Below the pieces are notes generated by a model. The model saw only the letters and a program-made list of their open reading frames with translations, did no database searches and was not told the DNA's origin. 64,000 nucleotides of DNA from Malacoraja senta. Its lineage: Eukaryota. Made by a program: the position numbers and the translations under genes. Where the stretch lies: NCBI GenBank assembly GCA_038087875.1, contig JAXLNO010000709.1:62001-126000 (forward strand), given 5' to 3'. Shown here piece by piece: positions 48,392-60,529 of the stretch. The first letter of the stretch is position 1, and each line of letters opens with the position of its first letter.

Positions 48392-48898
48392 CGCGAGGGT
48401 GGGGGCCAGGGACAGCGGAGGAGCGCTGTCTGCGCGATGAATAAGGAGGTAAACGGCTGCCACAGAGTACCGTAAGTCCTTTAGAGAGCACACGGGGGGG
48501 GGAGACACTTTTAAGAAGTTTAATAAAGTTTAGCGGGCATTTTACCTACCGGTAGGTCTTCCTAGGTCATGAAACTCCAATGAGCCAATCAAAATGCCCG
48601 GTAGGCGAAGGAGATGGCCTACGGCTGCCCTCGACTGCCTGTAAGTAAATAGCGACCCCCACTCCACTGCGGTCCAAGTGAAAAAGACCCATGCCGACCA
48701 AATTTTACTCGCGGAAAATTTTTCAATATCCTGGAAATTTTTCCGTGACCTAGCTGAGGCCTTGAGTAGGCGGGAACCTCCCTCGAGCATACGACCTATA
48801 CGACCTCCTAGGACCACGTGTCAACCATGCTGCGAGTTTGAGTCCAGGGCAAACTCTTCTAAACTCGCAGCTTAGGTTGCCCAAGTGGGACAGGCCCT
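48164..48898. mobile_element. PIF/Harbinger-type MITE (family A) containing a (CA)n tract
   Basis: TIR agggcctgtcccacttgggcgacctaa / ttaggttgcccaagtgggacaggccct. TAA TSD at 48161-48163 and 48899-48901. Confidence 0.9.
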
Positions 48899-48973
48899 TA
48901 ACAATTTAAAAATAATCGGCGCCTGAAATTCAACAAATCCAATATTTGTGTTAGTGCTGCAACTAGCATTGGG

Positions 48974-48976
<3 letters not shown>

Positions 48977-49048
<72 letters not shown>
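48977..49048. repeat. (TA)n microsatellite
   Basis: Pure TA run of about 70 bp. Confidence 0.97.
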
Positions 49049-49053
<5 letters not shown>

Positions 49054-49351
49054 CAAACAGTTCTTCAAAGAAAGTAAAAACATAAAATTCTGGAAATACT
49101 CAGCAGCTCAGGCAGTAAATGTTGCAAAGAGAAGCAGGTAATGTTTCAGAACTGGTAAAGAGAGAAAATAAATTAGTTTTAGGAAGCAGAGAAGTTGAGG
49201 AATGGGATGGGAGGAACAAAGGGAATATCTCTTACAAGGTTTTTTATTCATGTTTATATTGTATATTACCTTTTTATAAATACAAATCTATTGTAAAGGA
49301 AACCTGCGCTGTAAAATGGTGGCCGATTAGGAAATGGTGGCCGATTAGGAA

Positions 49352-50092
49352 ATGGGGAGATGCAGCGAGACCTGGGTGTCATGGTACACCAGTCATTGAA
49401 AGTAGGCATGCAGGTGCAGCAGGCAGTGAAGAAAGCGAATGGTATGTTGGCCTTCATAGCAAGAGGATTTGAGTATAGGAGCAGGGAGGTTCTACTGCAG
49501 TTGTACAGGGTCTTGGTGAGACCACACCTGGAGTATTGCGTACAGTTTTGGTCTCCAAATCTGAGGAAGGACATTATAGCCATAGAGGGAGTGCAGAGAA
49601 GGTTCACCAGACTGATTCCTGGGATGTCAGGACTTTCATATGAAGAAAGACTGGATAGACTTGGCTTATACTCGCTAGAATTTAGGAGATTGAGAGGGGA
49701 TCTTATAGAAACGTACAAAATTCTTATGGGGTTGGACAGGCTAGATGCAGGAAGATTGTTCCCGATGTTGGGGAAGTCCAGGACAAGGGGTCACAGCTTA
49801 AGGATAAGGGGGAAATCCTTTAAGACCGAGATGAGGAAAAACTTTTTCACACAGAGAGTGGTGAATCTCTGGAACTCTCTGCCACAGAGGGTAGTTGAGG
49901 CCAGTTCATTGGCTATATTTAAGAGGGAGTTAGATGTGGCCCTTGTGGCTAAAGGGATCAGGGGGTATGGAGAGAAGGCAGGTACGGGATACTGAGTTGG
50001 ATGATCAGCCATGATCATATTGAATGGCGGTGCAGGCTAGAAGGGCCGAATGGCCTACTCCTGCACCTATTTTCTATGTATCTATGTATCTA
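49352..50092 (+). mobile_element. Young CR1 LINE 3' end
   Basis: Uninterrupted 211-aa ORF 49360-49995 (QRDLGV...LYRVLVRPHLEYCVQFWSP...GYGEKAG) plus 3' UTR and (ctatgtat)n tail. Confidence 0.93.
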
Positions 50093-51132
50093 AAATAGAG
50101 CGGGTGCTTTGCAAAGCAGTCACTCAATCTGTATTTGGTTTCTCTAATGTGGAAGAAAAGAAATGAACAAATGAATGAATTAATAATTTATCGTCACATG
50201 TAACAAGTCACTGTGAAATTCTTTACTTGCAGGTTTGCAAATAGTCGTCACATAAAGGGTGCTTACAAAGTTACAAAGTCCCCCTTTGTTCTTCTCCCCC
50301 ACCACCCCCTACCCCCCTCCCTCACGGCGGTCCCCCCACACCGGGTCCTCCTTTGTTCCTTCCCTCGGAAGTGGTGTCCTCACTTCCACGTGTCCGTCCT
50401 CGTCTGTCCTAGTCCGTCGGTCGCCGCTATTATTGACCACCGCACCGACCTCTCCACTCTCGCTGCTGGGTTATCTTCAGATGCCTCCATTGCGCTGGCC
50501 CAGGCCACAGCCATGGGCTCCCTCGACTCCGTCGGCGGCGGTTTCAGACCGGTGATGCTCCAGCCTCTGCTTCACTGCAGCCTGCCAGGAGGTGTCTGCC
50601 GTCGCGACAGGTATCAACAGTACGTTCCAGGCATTCATTCGCACCAAATATATTATACTAAGTAGGAAGAAGTTCAAGTGAATTTTTGTTTCATCTGGAA
50701 GGACACTTGGGATATCTGGATTTGCATGTCTGAAGGCGCAGCAGGTCTTGAGAGGGCTGAAGGCCGTTCTGGGAGTCCAAGAAGAGGGGAAGAAGAAGAA
50801 GGGTCTCGACTCGAAACGTCACCCATTCCATCTCTCCTGATATGCTGCCTGTCCCGCTGAGTTACTTCAGCTTTTTGTGTCTATCCCAGGATCTGAATGT
50901 TGACTTCAGGAAGGGAAAGCCAAGGATCCATGAACCTGTCTTCATTGATGTATCGGCAGCAGAGTCAAGAACTTTAAGATATTTCCTGGGCCCAGCAGAG
51001 TGATGCAGTCACAAAGAATGTTCATCAACACCTTTACTTCCTTCGAAGATTGAGGAGATTCAGTGCGTCACCGAATACTCTGAAATAGACGGAACATTAA
51101 ACAGTACCTCACAGCCCTTGGCCCACAATGTC

Positions 51133-51401
51133 TGTTGTGTATTTGTATGCTTGGAACAGACTTTAATAAGGCTCGGACACGGGAGTAATCTAACAAGCTT
51201 CTTTATTCCAGGACGCCACCTTGAGTCTCCCCCGCACATGCGTACTTGCACAAGACATCACATATACTAATTACATATGCTAATTATCACATACCTAACA
51301 CTCCTCCCCCTTTAACTTGGAGGCAGGTAACACCATTTCTATTACATACCTAACACTCCTCCCCCTTTAACTTGGAGGCAGGTAACACCATTTCTATTAC
51401 A
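51133..51401 (-). mobile_element. Short LTR (168 bp) with polypurine tract and a 55-bp tandem duplication
   Basis: 51133-51300 is bounded by TGTT...AACA with minus-strand AATAAA. rc PPT ttaaagggggaggag abuts it at 51301-51315. ATGTC is duplicated at 51128-51132 and 51401-51405. Confidence 0.7.
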
Positions 51402-53034
51402 TGTCTGTGTCAAACGTGATGCGAAAATAATCTTATATCCATCTCTTCCCAGTATATCCAGGTGCCAATCTAAAAGCATCTAAAATAAAGATTATGGTAT
51501 CTGCTTACACCACCGCCACCTCTGGCGGTATGTTCCAGGCATTCAGCCATTTCTGTAAAACCACACATAATCTTTTCCTTTCTGACTGTAAAGCTGTCCC
51601 CTCTAACCTTTACATTTCCAACCTGACAAATACCAGATTCAGGTATAAAAAGATACTGTATTCATTATCATTGATTCAAGATCACCTTTGGTCAACTGAA
51701 ATATTTTTAAAAACCTCTTGGCATAATTTCTACAATGTTTAAGAATTGTAATGAGAAAAAATAGCTTTAATTTTCTTTGCTAATTCATGGTTTGCTTAAT
51801 TATCTTAACTAAAATCATTTACTCTTTCAAAATAAATATTGTACATTACTCCAAAAATGTGAATATCAAAATGTTGTATTGCAGCAGGTAAGAATGTCAT
51901 TGTTCATTGCCCTTGTTGAGGAGGGATTTCTTTAACCGGAGGGCAATGGATCTGAGGAATTCATTGCCACAGACGGTGGTGGAGACCAGGTCATTGGGTA
52001 TTTTTACAACGGAGATTGATATGTTCGTGATTAGTAAGGGTGTTGAAGGTTACGGGAAAAAGGCATAGTCATGGGGTTGAGAGGGATCAGGCATGAATGA
52101 CAGTGCAGACTGGATGGGCGAATGGCCCTAATTCTGCTCCTACATTTTGTGATCTTGAGATACTAGCCACTCTTGACTCTTGAGTCTTGAAATTTCAACA
52201 TGCATTTGATTGTGGGACCACCAGATAAAATAATGCAATATCTTGGTTTTGTTGCAAAATGCTGGCTATATACTCACTGATATAGCACATGCAAGTTTGA
52301 AAGGCGGCAACATTTGTCCTATTTAGCTGTCCAGTAATTCTGTCTCACTTACAGTTTCTTTTTACAGTCAGATCTCTTCACATACACAGAATTATTGCCT
52401 CTGTAGAGGGAATATCAGTTTGCAGTGGATTTAACCTAGAACCTATTAAAGTTCATGATGCTGCCAAAGTTACAACGTGGCTAACAATCTATTTTTGTCT
52501 ATTTGTTAATCCTGTGAAAGAAACAGCATTAGATGTACAATTTAGAATCAAATGGTGTATCCTCATAGGACCAATATAATATTCTTCCTAATCGTATTGG
52601 CTTCCTTATGTTCATTATTACCTTTTGTGTCCGACATTCTTCGCAAGATGTCTGAATAAAGCTGCACAGCTGTTTTAAGTTGGCTGGGACAGCCCCCTAT
52701 AATGATGGCTTTGCTTTTAAGTAGTTTAGAAATTCAAAGGCTGGAATTTGCTGGATCAGTTATGTTCATCTGGAAGCGCATCAAGTGTGCTACTATTGGG
52801 CCCACTGACTTTGGATTAGGGAGCAAAACTGATCTGGGATCCAACACCTGACAGTTGGACATGCATGTGATATCTCATGAATTCAGCTAGCTCGCTGACA
52901 GATAAAGTTCATCATTGCATGTCAGTAATAGTCAAGAAATATCACTAACTGCCTAGCATTATAATCCTAAATGCACTCAGTTGGGGCTAAGCAACAAGTT
53001 AGCATGTCCAACTTTGTTGCTCTGACAGAGGTAA

Positions 53035-53330
53035 AGAGATTATTGGGTGAACAGAAGAAAAGATTCAAGGATGTGCTCAAAGTCTTCTTGGAAAAAAATG
53101 CAACCAACCCCCTCCCATGGCCACTAAAAGTGGAAGGTTATTTGGGATTGTAATGAGAATCTTGAGTCTATGTATCTGGAGTGCATGGAGGAGAAGGAGG
53201 AAGGTACCACCTCACAAATTACCCAGCCAGCTGCCTTGTCATGCACCCCTGCCCCATTTGTAGAAACGTGTGTGGTTCCCATAATAGCATCCAATAGAAT
53301 AAGAGTGCAAACAAATCAGGCTTGAGGCCA
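53035..53330 (+). mobile_element. Degenerate RTE LINE C-terminal fragment
   Basis: GEQKKRFKDVLKVFLEK resembles the RTE GGQRKRFKDxLKxSLK motif. Confidence 0.5.
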
Positions 53331-53454
53331 AGAGACTACCTGACAAGAAGTTTTTACAGTGAGATGCTGGTACTTACGCCAGACTTGAATAAGTGCATTA
53401 ATAAGGATCAGATGTGTAGGAAGGAACTGCAGATGCTGGTGTAAACAAAAGAGG

Positions 53455-54030
53455 AATAGGAACACTTTATTGTCACATGTGACTAGGCACAGTGAAATTC
53501 TTTGATTGCATACCCAATGTATACAAATAGTGACCACCTATGGCGCTGACAAAGTTACAATGTACGCCGGCTCCTCCTTTTGTTCCCAACCTCCACAGCG
53601 GTTCCCCCACGCTGAGATCCCATTGTCCTTTGTCCCCTTCCCCCCCCCCCCCTGGTCCATTGTTCTTCCCCTCCCCCCTCACGGTGGTCCTCCACGCTCT
53701 CATCGACTGTCGACCCGCGAGGCTTCACCACCGCCGAGGCCCCACTGTCGTGAGGTTTCACCACTGCCGCCGCTTCACCGCTGCCGAAGCCTCACTACTG
53801 TAGACGCCGCCGTGGTGCCGACCTGGGCCCCTGCCGTGGGCTCTATCGGCCACACCGCCAACCTGGACTCGGACTCGCGAGGCCCCGGCTGGGCTTCTAC
53901 GCGGCGATCCGGGAGGCCTCGAGACCGCAGCGCCTCAATAAAGGCCTCCAGCTGCTTTCCTAATCCACAGCCGTGGCCCATTGGGAAGCCTTCTGGCCAA
54001 GCGGCCCATCGGGGAGCCTTCTGGCCGAAC
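53455..54030 (-). mobile_element. GC-rich non-autonomous element with Rex1-like tail, inserted in a Penelope pLTR repeat
   Basis: Homologous to 10928-11420. It is flanked by the two halves of the pLTR repeat (53413-53445 and 54031-54090). Confidence 0.7.
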
Positions 54031-54058
54031 GGCAGCATCTCTGGAGAAAAGGAATGGG

Positions 54059-54087
54059 TGACGTTTCGGGTCGAGACCCTTCTTCAG
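54059..54087 (-). ncRNA. Minimal type I hammerhead ribozyme core (Penelope-associated), best-preserved copy
   Basis: The minus strand reads CUGAAGA-A-GGGU(CUCG)ACCC-GAAAC-GUC: full core consensus, a 4-bp helix II, and a palindromic ACGU helix III. Confidence 0.7.
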
Positions 54088-55593
54088 ACCGATGATCAGA
54101 TGATCTTTATGGTCTAAATTTTCCATTTCAGTTATTGGTTGCTGCCAGGCATCATACAAAAGGGATCCTCCAGGAACTGCAGGTGCTGATTTACCAAAAA
54201 AGGCACAAAGTGCTGGAGTAACTCAGCGGGTTAGGCAGCATCTCTGGAGAACAAGGACAGGCGATGTTTAGGCTCACAACTCTTCTTCAGACACCTACCT
54301 GCTATGATATCAAAGTGGTTAAGCATTAAAAATTGCAAAATGACCATGAGGATATGTATAAATTAGGTAATTTGGTCAATCAGTGAATGGGAGCCGTTAG
54401 TTAGACAAAGGAATACTGGAGTTGTAAAATGCAGAGCGGGCAGATATGCTCGGCAGGTCAGGCTGGGTATGTCTTCCACTGCCAAATGCAGGAGGAATAA
54501 CAAAGATGCTGAACCATTATCACATATATTCTGGTACTGTCTATTTTATGTTTCCCAGTCGTACAGCTTTGCTTTAGGTGCTCCTGTTTTCTTCCACAAG
54601 AGATAAATGTGTTGGTAGGTTAATTGTCTACTATGTTACTTTTAGTACAGGTGGGTGGTTAGAGAAAGAGGCTGGAGCTGATGGATATGCGAGATATAAT
54701 GAGTTGCAATGAAATGTGGGAATGGGATATGTGGCATTGTTCTAACTCCGGGCATACACTTGATGCGTTAAATGGCCTCATACTATGAATCAGTAGTGAT
54801 ATAGTGCTCACCTCACAATATTATCTGCAATATAAACAAGAAGTTTATGTAGTTTTATTATCTGATCTAAACTAGAAATACACATTGAGTTATATTGAGG
54901 TAGTGCTTGTTAAAATCCCTTGCTTTGCAGTATTCAATAGACGAAGCCAGTTTTCTTTTGGCATGAACAGCAATGAAAGTCACTGACTGAAATTCCAGGA
55001 AACACAAATTTATTAAAATCATTGCACTAACTCATCTGGAAGTGTTGCAGTACAATAAGTTTTAGGAAAGAATTTAGGTACCTATTCCCTGTTTTTTTTA
55101 ACGTAACCATTCTAGTCTACATAATATAATAAGAGCTTTGACTGAATTAACCCTAACCCTTTCAAAGCACGATAACTTTTGATCTTGATACAAGCGTCTA
55201 CCTGATTAAAAATTGCACTGCATCTGGCTCACGATAAAGTAAAATAAACACACAACTATATATGTTATGTTTTATTGTTGTTTGTTTGTGTGTGTGCGTG
55301 TATATAGGTATATGTGTGTATATGTATCTATACACACACTGAACTTTTTTTCTCATTTATTATATTGTTTACAGTGTACTATGTTTACATATTCTGTTGT
55401 GATGTTGCAAGTAAGAATTTCATTGTTCTATCTGGGACACATGACCATAAAACACTCTTGACTTGATTTCAAGAAATGTAGTTTTAATTATAATGTTCTT
55501 TGAAATAAAAACAAAATAGTGGAAATAGCATTTCAGGCAGTATCTATCTATGGAGAGAGAAACAGATACTATTTCATATTTACGACCTTTCCT

Positions 55594-56687
55594 AGCAATG
55601 TTACAAAATTTTGAGATTTACAAAAATCAAGTCTGCAATTTATCCCATCAGATAAAGCATAAAAAGAAGTTTAATTTGACACCTAATTAACTTTCATATC
55701 TTCAGTATTAAAAAAGTTATGGCCATTTTCATATTCGGAAATTAGCATCTTGCTCCCTATTGCTTTTCCATTGACTTAACACAAAAGCTGAAAGCCCATA
55801 ACTTTCTTAAAAATTAAGAGAACTGAATGAAATTTTCAGTTATTATAGATTGAAACATTCTGAAACAAATATAAAACATCTTACTTGGATGACCTGAAAT
55901 TAAAGCATATAATTAGTTAATTACCTAATTGTAGCTAATTACAAAATTGACCGTTGTGACGGAAATAGATATAAACACCCAGACTGCCTTGAAAATTCAA
56001 AAATGTGATATTCTCAAGGTCAGAACTTTAATATTATTGTATTATATGCTGTAAGTCCGTAACAGATAGGTAAATACATTACAATTTCTAGCAATAGACC
56101 AAGTCTTTATGGAGAAGATCAGTTGCTAGCTGGTATATTGGCATATCATAATCAGTAGCATCATCATTTCAATTTTGGCATTGTAAACTACAAGTTTTTG
56201 TTCTTCAAACCACGCATGACATGCCTCTCTGCCCACTACTTTCCCATTAAGAATGTCCTGTAGATTCCATTTCTTAAGAAAAGGATATTTTTTTTTAAAT
56301 AGCCTAAGTATCCAAATAACAAACTAATCCCATTCACACAAGAATTCACAACATAACATGATTTTTAAATCTCACTGTCATGAATTTATATGCCAGATGG
56401 AAGGAATTTAATGTTTAATTCCCATAAATTAATCCAGAAACATCCACCCAAAATATAATCAAAATTATTGTTTTTTGCACAATACATGTGACTCAAACTG
56501 TTATGAATATTTAGTTTAAAAATAATGATCACGGAGAGAGAATATCACAAAATATAGACAATTTAGACGGCTTATGACATGATTGTCCCAAAAAAATGGG
56601 CATTTTAATCATCTTGCTTCTGGAATGCGATCGATTGGAACGTGGCAGAACTGCAGCGCCGCTGAAGGTAAGTTTTGTAACATCGCT
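55594..56687. mobile_element. Non-autonomous TIR DNA transposon, 1094 bp, superfamily uncertain
   Basis: TIR agcaatgttacaaaa / ttttgtaacatcgct (14 of 15). Direct repeat acctttcct at 55585-55593 and 56688-56696. AT-rich, with no long ORF. Confidence 0.8.
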
Positions 56688-56837
56688 ACCTTTCCTTGGG
56701 TCCATTTTATGTTTTGATTTTACATTTCCAATTTCTCCAGTTTATCTGCTAAAAGGTCCTTTGAAATCTTTTGAAAAGATCCCCCTGAGTTGTTGTACCA
56801 GCTTCAAAGTCGTCTTGTTGAGTCTCATTGTCTGTAA

Positions 56838-57401
56838 AGGGCCTGTCCCACTTGGGCGTCATTTGCGCGTCATTTTCGCAACAGGCCAGTAGTGACTGAC
56901 GTGCAAAAATTGTCTAGCAGTACGACAGTCGTGCGCCAAGTGCTCTTGAGGGCCCTGCTTCTTTTGGGAGCCATTTGCGATGTTGTTCGTACTTAGTCCG
57001 ATATCCGTGGCAAGGATTTTCCCAGCGAACATTTTTCAAAACTACGCGCGTGTTTTACCCAGATGGTCACGTGGTGCAGCGCTCAAATGCCGAGCAAATG
57101 GCGCGCCGACGGCGTACGGGCGGCGCATGGTTATGAACGTTGACACACGGTGACGCATAATAAATTAGCATAGGCAATGTTCGTGCTTCACCACGCACTA
57201 CACGTACGCCGTCAGTACGTCAGCGTGCGCAAGGGATACGTCACGCAGGTGGCGCGCGAGGATTTTGAGCATTCCAAAATCCTGGGGCGCCGCGCGTTAC
57301 CGCACGTCACTGCATACGCCACCACGCATGATGCGCGCGTCATGACGCGCCAACTAATGTTTTGGATGTCGCACAAATGACGCCCAAATGGGACAGGCCC
57401 T
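56838..57401. mobile_element. PIF/Harbinger-type MITE (family B, CpG-rich)
   Basis: TIR agggcctgtcccacttgggcgtcatttg / caaatgacgcccaaatgggacaggccct. TAA TSD at 56835-56837 and 57402-57404. Inserted in a Penelope-derived repeat. Confidence 0.9.
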
Positions 57402-59194
57402 TAACTCACCTAGCCCATAGCTAACAATGGCCTGTTTCCCTTATCATTGTTACACTTTTGCATATCTTTCATTCATTTGATCTATATCTCACTATATCAC
57501 TGTCTCTCATTTCCCTTTCCCCTGACTCTGGAGTCTCGACCAAAATGTCACCTATTCCTGTTCTCCAAAGATACTATCTGACCCGCTGAGTTACTCCAGC
57601 TTTCTGTCTTTCTTTGAAATCTTTCTCAGTTAGATTGATTAAAGACAGATCTAATCTGCCGGTGGAAATCTCTATTCTGCCCCTTTAACCAAAATTATGC
57701 AGGGTTTTCCATTGAAGTTATGGAAATTTTACATCATTTAAAAAATCAGACAAAATGCTTAGAAAACAATGCTCACAAAAGAACAACAAAAACAGCTTGT
57801 CTGTACAAAGAAACGGCAAAAGAAAATCTCAGAAAATATGTTTTCTCTCGTTCTTGAATATCTACTGAAGGTAATATTCTGGTAACATTGGAGACTTGGA
57901 TGCTGCTACCAGCTTCATTTATTACCATTTGTTAGCTTCATTATCTGCTAGGAAACTACGTAATCATTGTTGATTGATAACTGAAACATCAGTGTTGTCA
58001 GGGAAGTAAAATGAATATAAGCGGTGTTAATTTTGCATTGATATGACTGCCAGGAAATTCAGATATACTGTATATGGATCCCTTTGCTCAGGTATTGCAG
58101 CCTTCCAAAAGTGCCAAAAACACTTCTATTATCCTCTCCAGAGAAAAATATGCCTGACCTTACAAACCACCACTCTACCTCCATGTCACTTTTCATTTAG
58201 AATATGCTGTTGACCTCCAAATCTATTCCTCTTTCAATTTTTGACTCTGGATTCTGGCTACAGCACTGATATACCTCCAATATAAATCCATTCAAATGCT
58301 CTGTCATCAGTAATGCTGCTTTTATCCTCCTTGTATTTTTCGTAAATTTCTGTAAACATGTAATCAAACCACATCCTCCACCTTCAAAGTTTTTATTTTC
58401 TTGATGAATGGATTGCTTTCTCATGGATCCACATTTCCTAGACGATCTTAGCCACAGAATCATTCGAGATCGATTATTTTTTTTTAGTCTAATCACTGAT
58501 TCCATTGCGGTAGCCCAGCACTTTTTATTTTATTCAAAGATGTGTCAAGCACTGCATTTTTTAGCTTTATTACTAATTCCCAAACTTGATCTGTTCAGTA
58601 CCTCCAATTTACATGTTATCACCCTGCTTGTACATCAGCCAGTCCAGCATGAACAATAATTTTCTCCAGCTGTGAAGGCCCACCTGCCGACCAACCGACC
58701 GTCAACGACCAGAACGACGACCGAAGACCGGGACGCGCCCCGGTAGGCCCGACTCACCCCACAGTGAAGCTGGGCGGTGAGGCCTGTCTGCGGTGAAGCT
58801 GGGCGGCGAGGCCTGTCTGGGCCGAATGAGCCTCAGCGGTGGCGGCGATGGGAGCCGTTGTTGCCTCGGCAGCAGCGGGAGCCTTGGCGACAACGTGGGG
58901 CCTCGGCGGCGGTGGGAGCCTCAGCGGCAACGTGTGGCTCGGTGGCGGTAGCCTCGCGGTCGATGAGCGTGAGGGGGGGGAGGGAAAGACAATGGGGACC
59001 TGGCGTGGGGGCACCGGTGTGAGGGATGGTGGGAGAACAAAGGGGGACCCGGAGTGGGGGGGGGGGGGCGGGGCATTCTAGTTTAGAATCCTCTGCCCAG
59101 GGGATATGTTTGCGTTTGTTCGTTTGTTTGTAGCTGGGATATGTTGGCCGGTGTGGGCAAGTTGGGCCGAAGGGCCTGTTTCCACACTGTATAA

Positions 59195-59797
59195 AAGGCC
59201 TGTCTCACGAGTCTGCGGTCTATGGCGGCGAAACGGGAGGAATCTGCCGCCATAGACCGCGCACTCGTGAGAAAGTACAATTCCCGGGCCGTGCGGCGGT
59301 GTTCCCAACACCGCGCGGTGCTAAAATAAAAACGACAATGTCCAAAACAAAATACTCACCGCACAACCTCCACCAGTGATGCACGAGTGCGCACGGCCGC
59401 TCGCGCGGGCCGCCGCCAGTGTGGGTCGAGCGCCGTGCGTCAAACCTCCTCTGCCACAGCCTCCGCCAGTGACGCACGTGCCGCCGCCAGTGAGGCACGT
59501 GTGCTGCGCGGCCGCAGTCACAGCCACCGCTACAGCGCCGCGATCAGGATGACCGCCACCACAGCCGCCGCTGGTGAGTCACGTGCGGCGGGCCGACGTC
59601 ATCGCAGTCGGCCCGCCCTTTTTTTACTTACCGCAAGCACGTGGGACCCGCCGTGTTTGAATTAACTCGGCCCCCGCGCAACATCCATGCGGCGCTCCGG
59701 TGGATAGGCTCAACGCTCTCGCCGTTGCCGCGCGGTCCTCGCTACCGGCGACGCCGCGCTTCACCGCCGATGACCGCAAACAGGTAAGACAGAGCCT
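59195..59797. mobile_element. Probable Harbinger-type MITE (family C, GC-rich) inserted in a CR1 tail
   Basis: Imperfect TIR aaggcctgtctcac / gtaagacagagcct with flanks TAA / TCA. Removing it restores the CR1 tail cctgtttccacactgta-tca-ctctatga (compare 21761-21792). Confidence 0.65.
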
Positions 59798-60529
59798 TCA
59801 CTCTATGATTCTATGACTCTAAAACCCTTTACATTGTTGCCAATTGCTGGCCAATGTCAAAGAACTCAAAATTCCCGTAATTCTGGTACTGCTTAAACCT
59901 TTTGTTCCTTCTTGTTTAAGCTTCTCCCTCCTTGTTAAAGTTTCTCCCTTCTGCCAAGTCTACCCAGTCATTCATCCAATGCCCCAAGCAAGTATTGTCA
60001 GGTTGTGCCTCAACAGTGTGGTGTGGTAACAACATAAATGTTATTGATTGAATGGAGTTTCTGTGGGGGTATATTTAGTCTGACACCATTACTGCCAGGA
60101 CATCACATAAATAAGTGCATGAATGCCAATGAGTCAGAATTGACAGCATTTGTAATTTTTAATTGATTAATTTAATAAAGGGAACATTATAAGATTAACA
60201 GTTTTCCAACCGCACCCATTGAACAGAAATCGGTGAAGGAATTTTATAAAATTTAATCAAAGTATTCAGTAGTGAAACGCAATGTGCAGATTCAAAGTTC
60301 TACAGTATTGCAAAAGACTTTTGAATACATAGCACATCGAACAGTATAGAACAAGAACAGACCCTTCGGCCCACAATGTCTATGGCGAACATGATGTCAA
60401 GACCAATTAAACCCCCCGACATCTATCTTTCAGTCTGAAGAAGTGTTCTGACCTGAAACGTCACCTATTTTCTCCAGAGATGCTGCCTGACCCGCTGCGT
60501 TACTCCAGCATTTTGTGTCTATCTTTGGT

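Noticed and set aside
48120..48508. ORFs with VCVC/HTHT runs
   Set aside because: Translations of a (CA)n microsatellite inside a MITE.
53506..54117. 203-aa plus-strand ORF
   Set aside because: It runs through a GC-rich repeat and a Penelope pLTR. Low complexity, with no recognisable protein.
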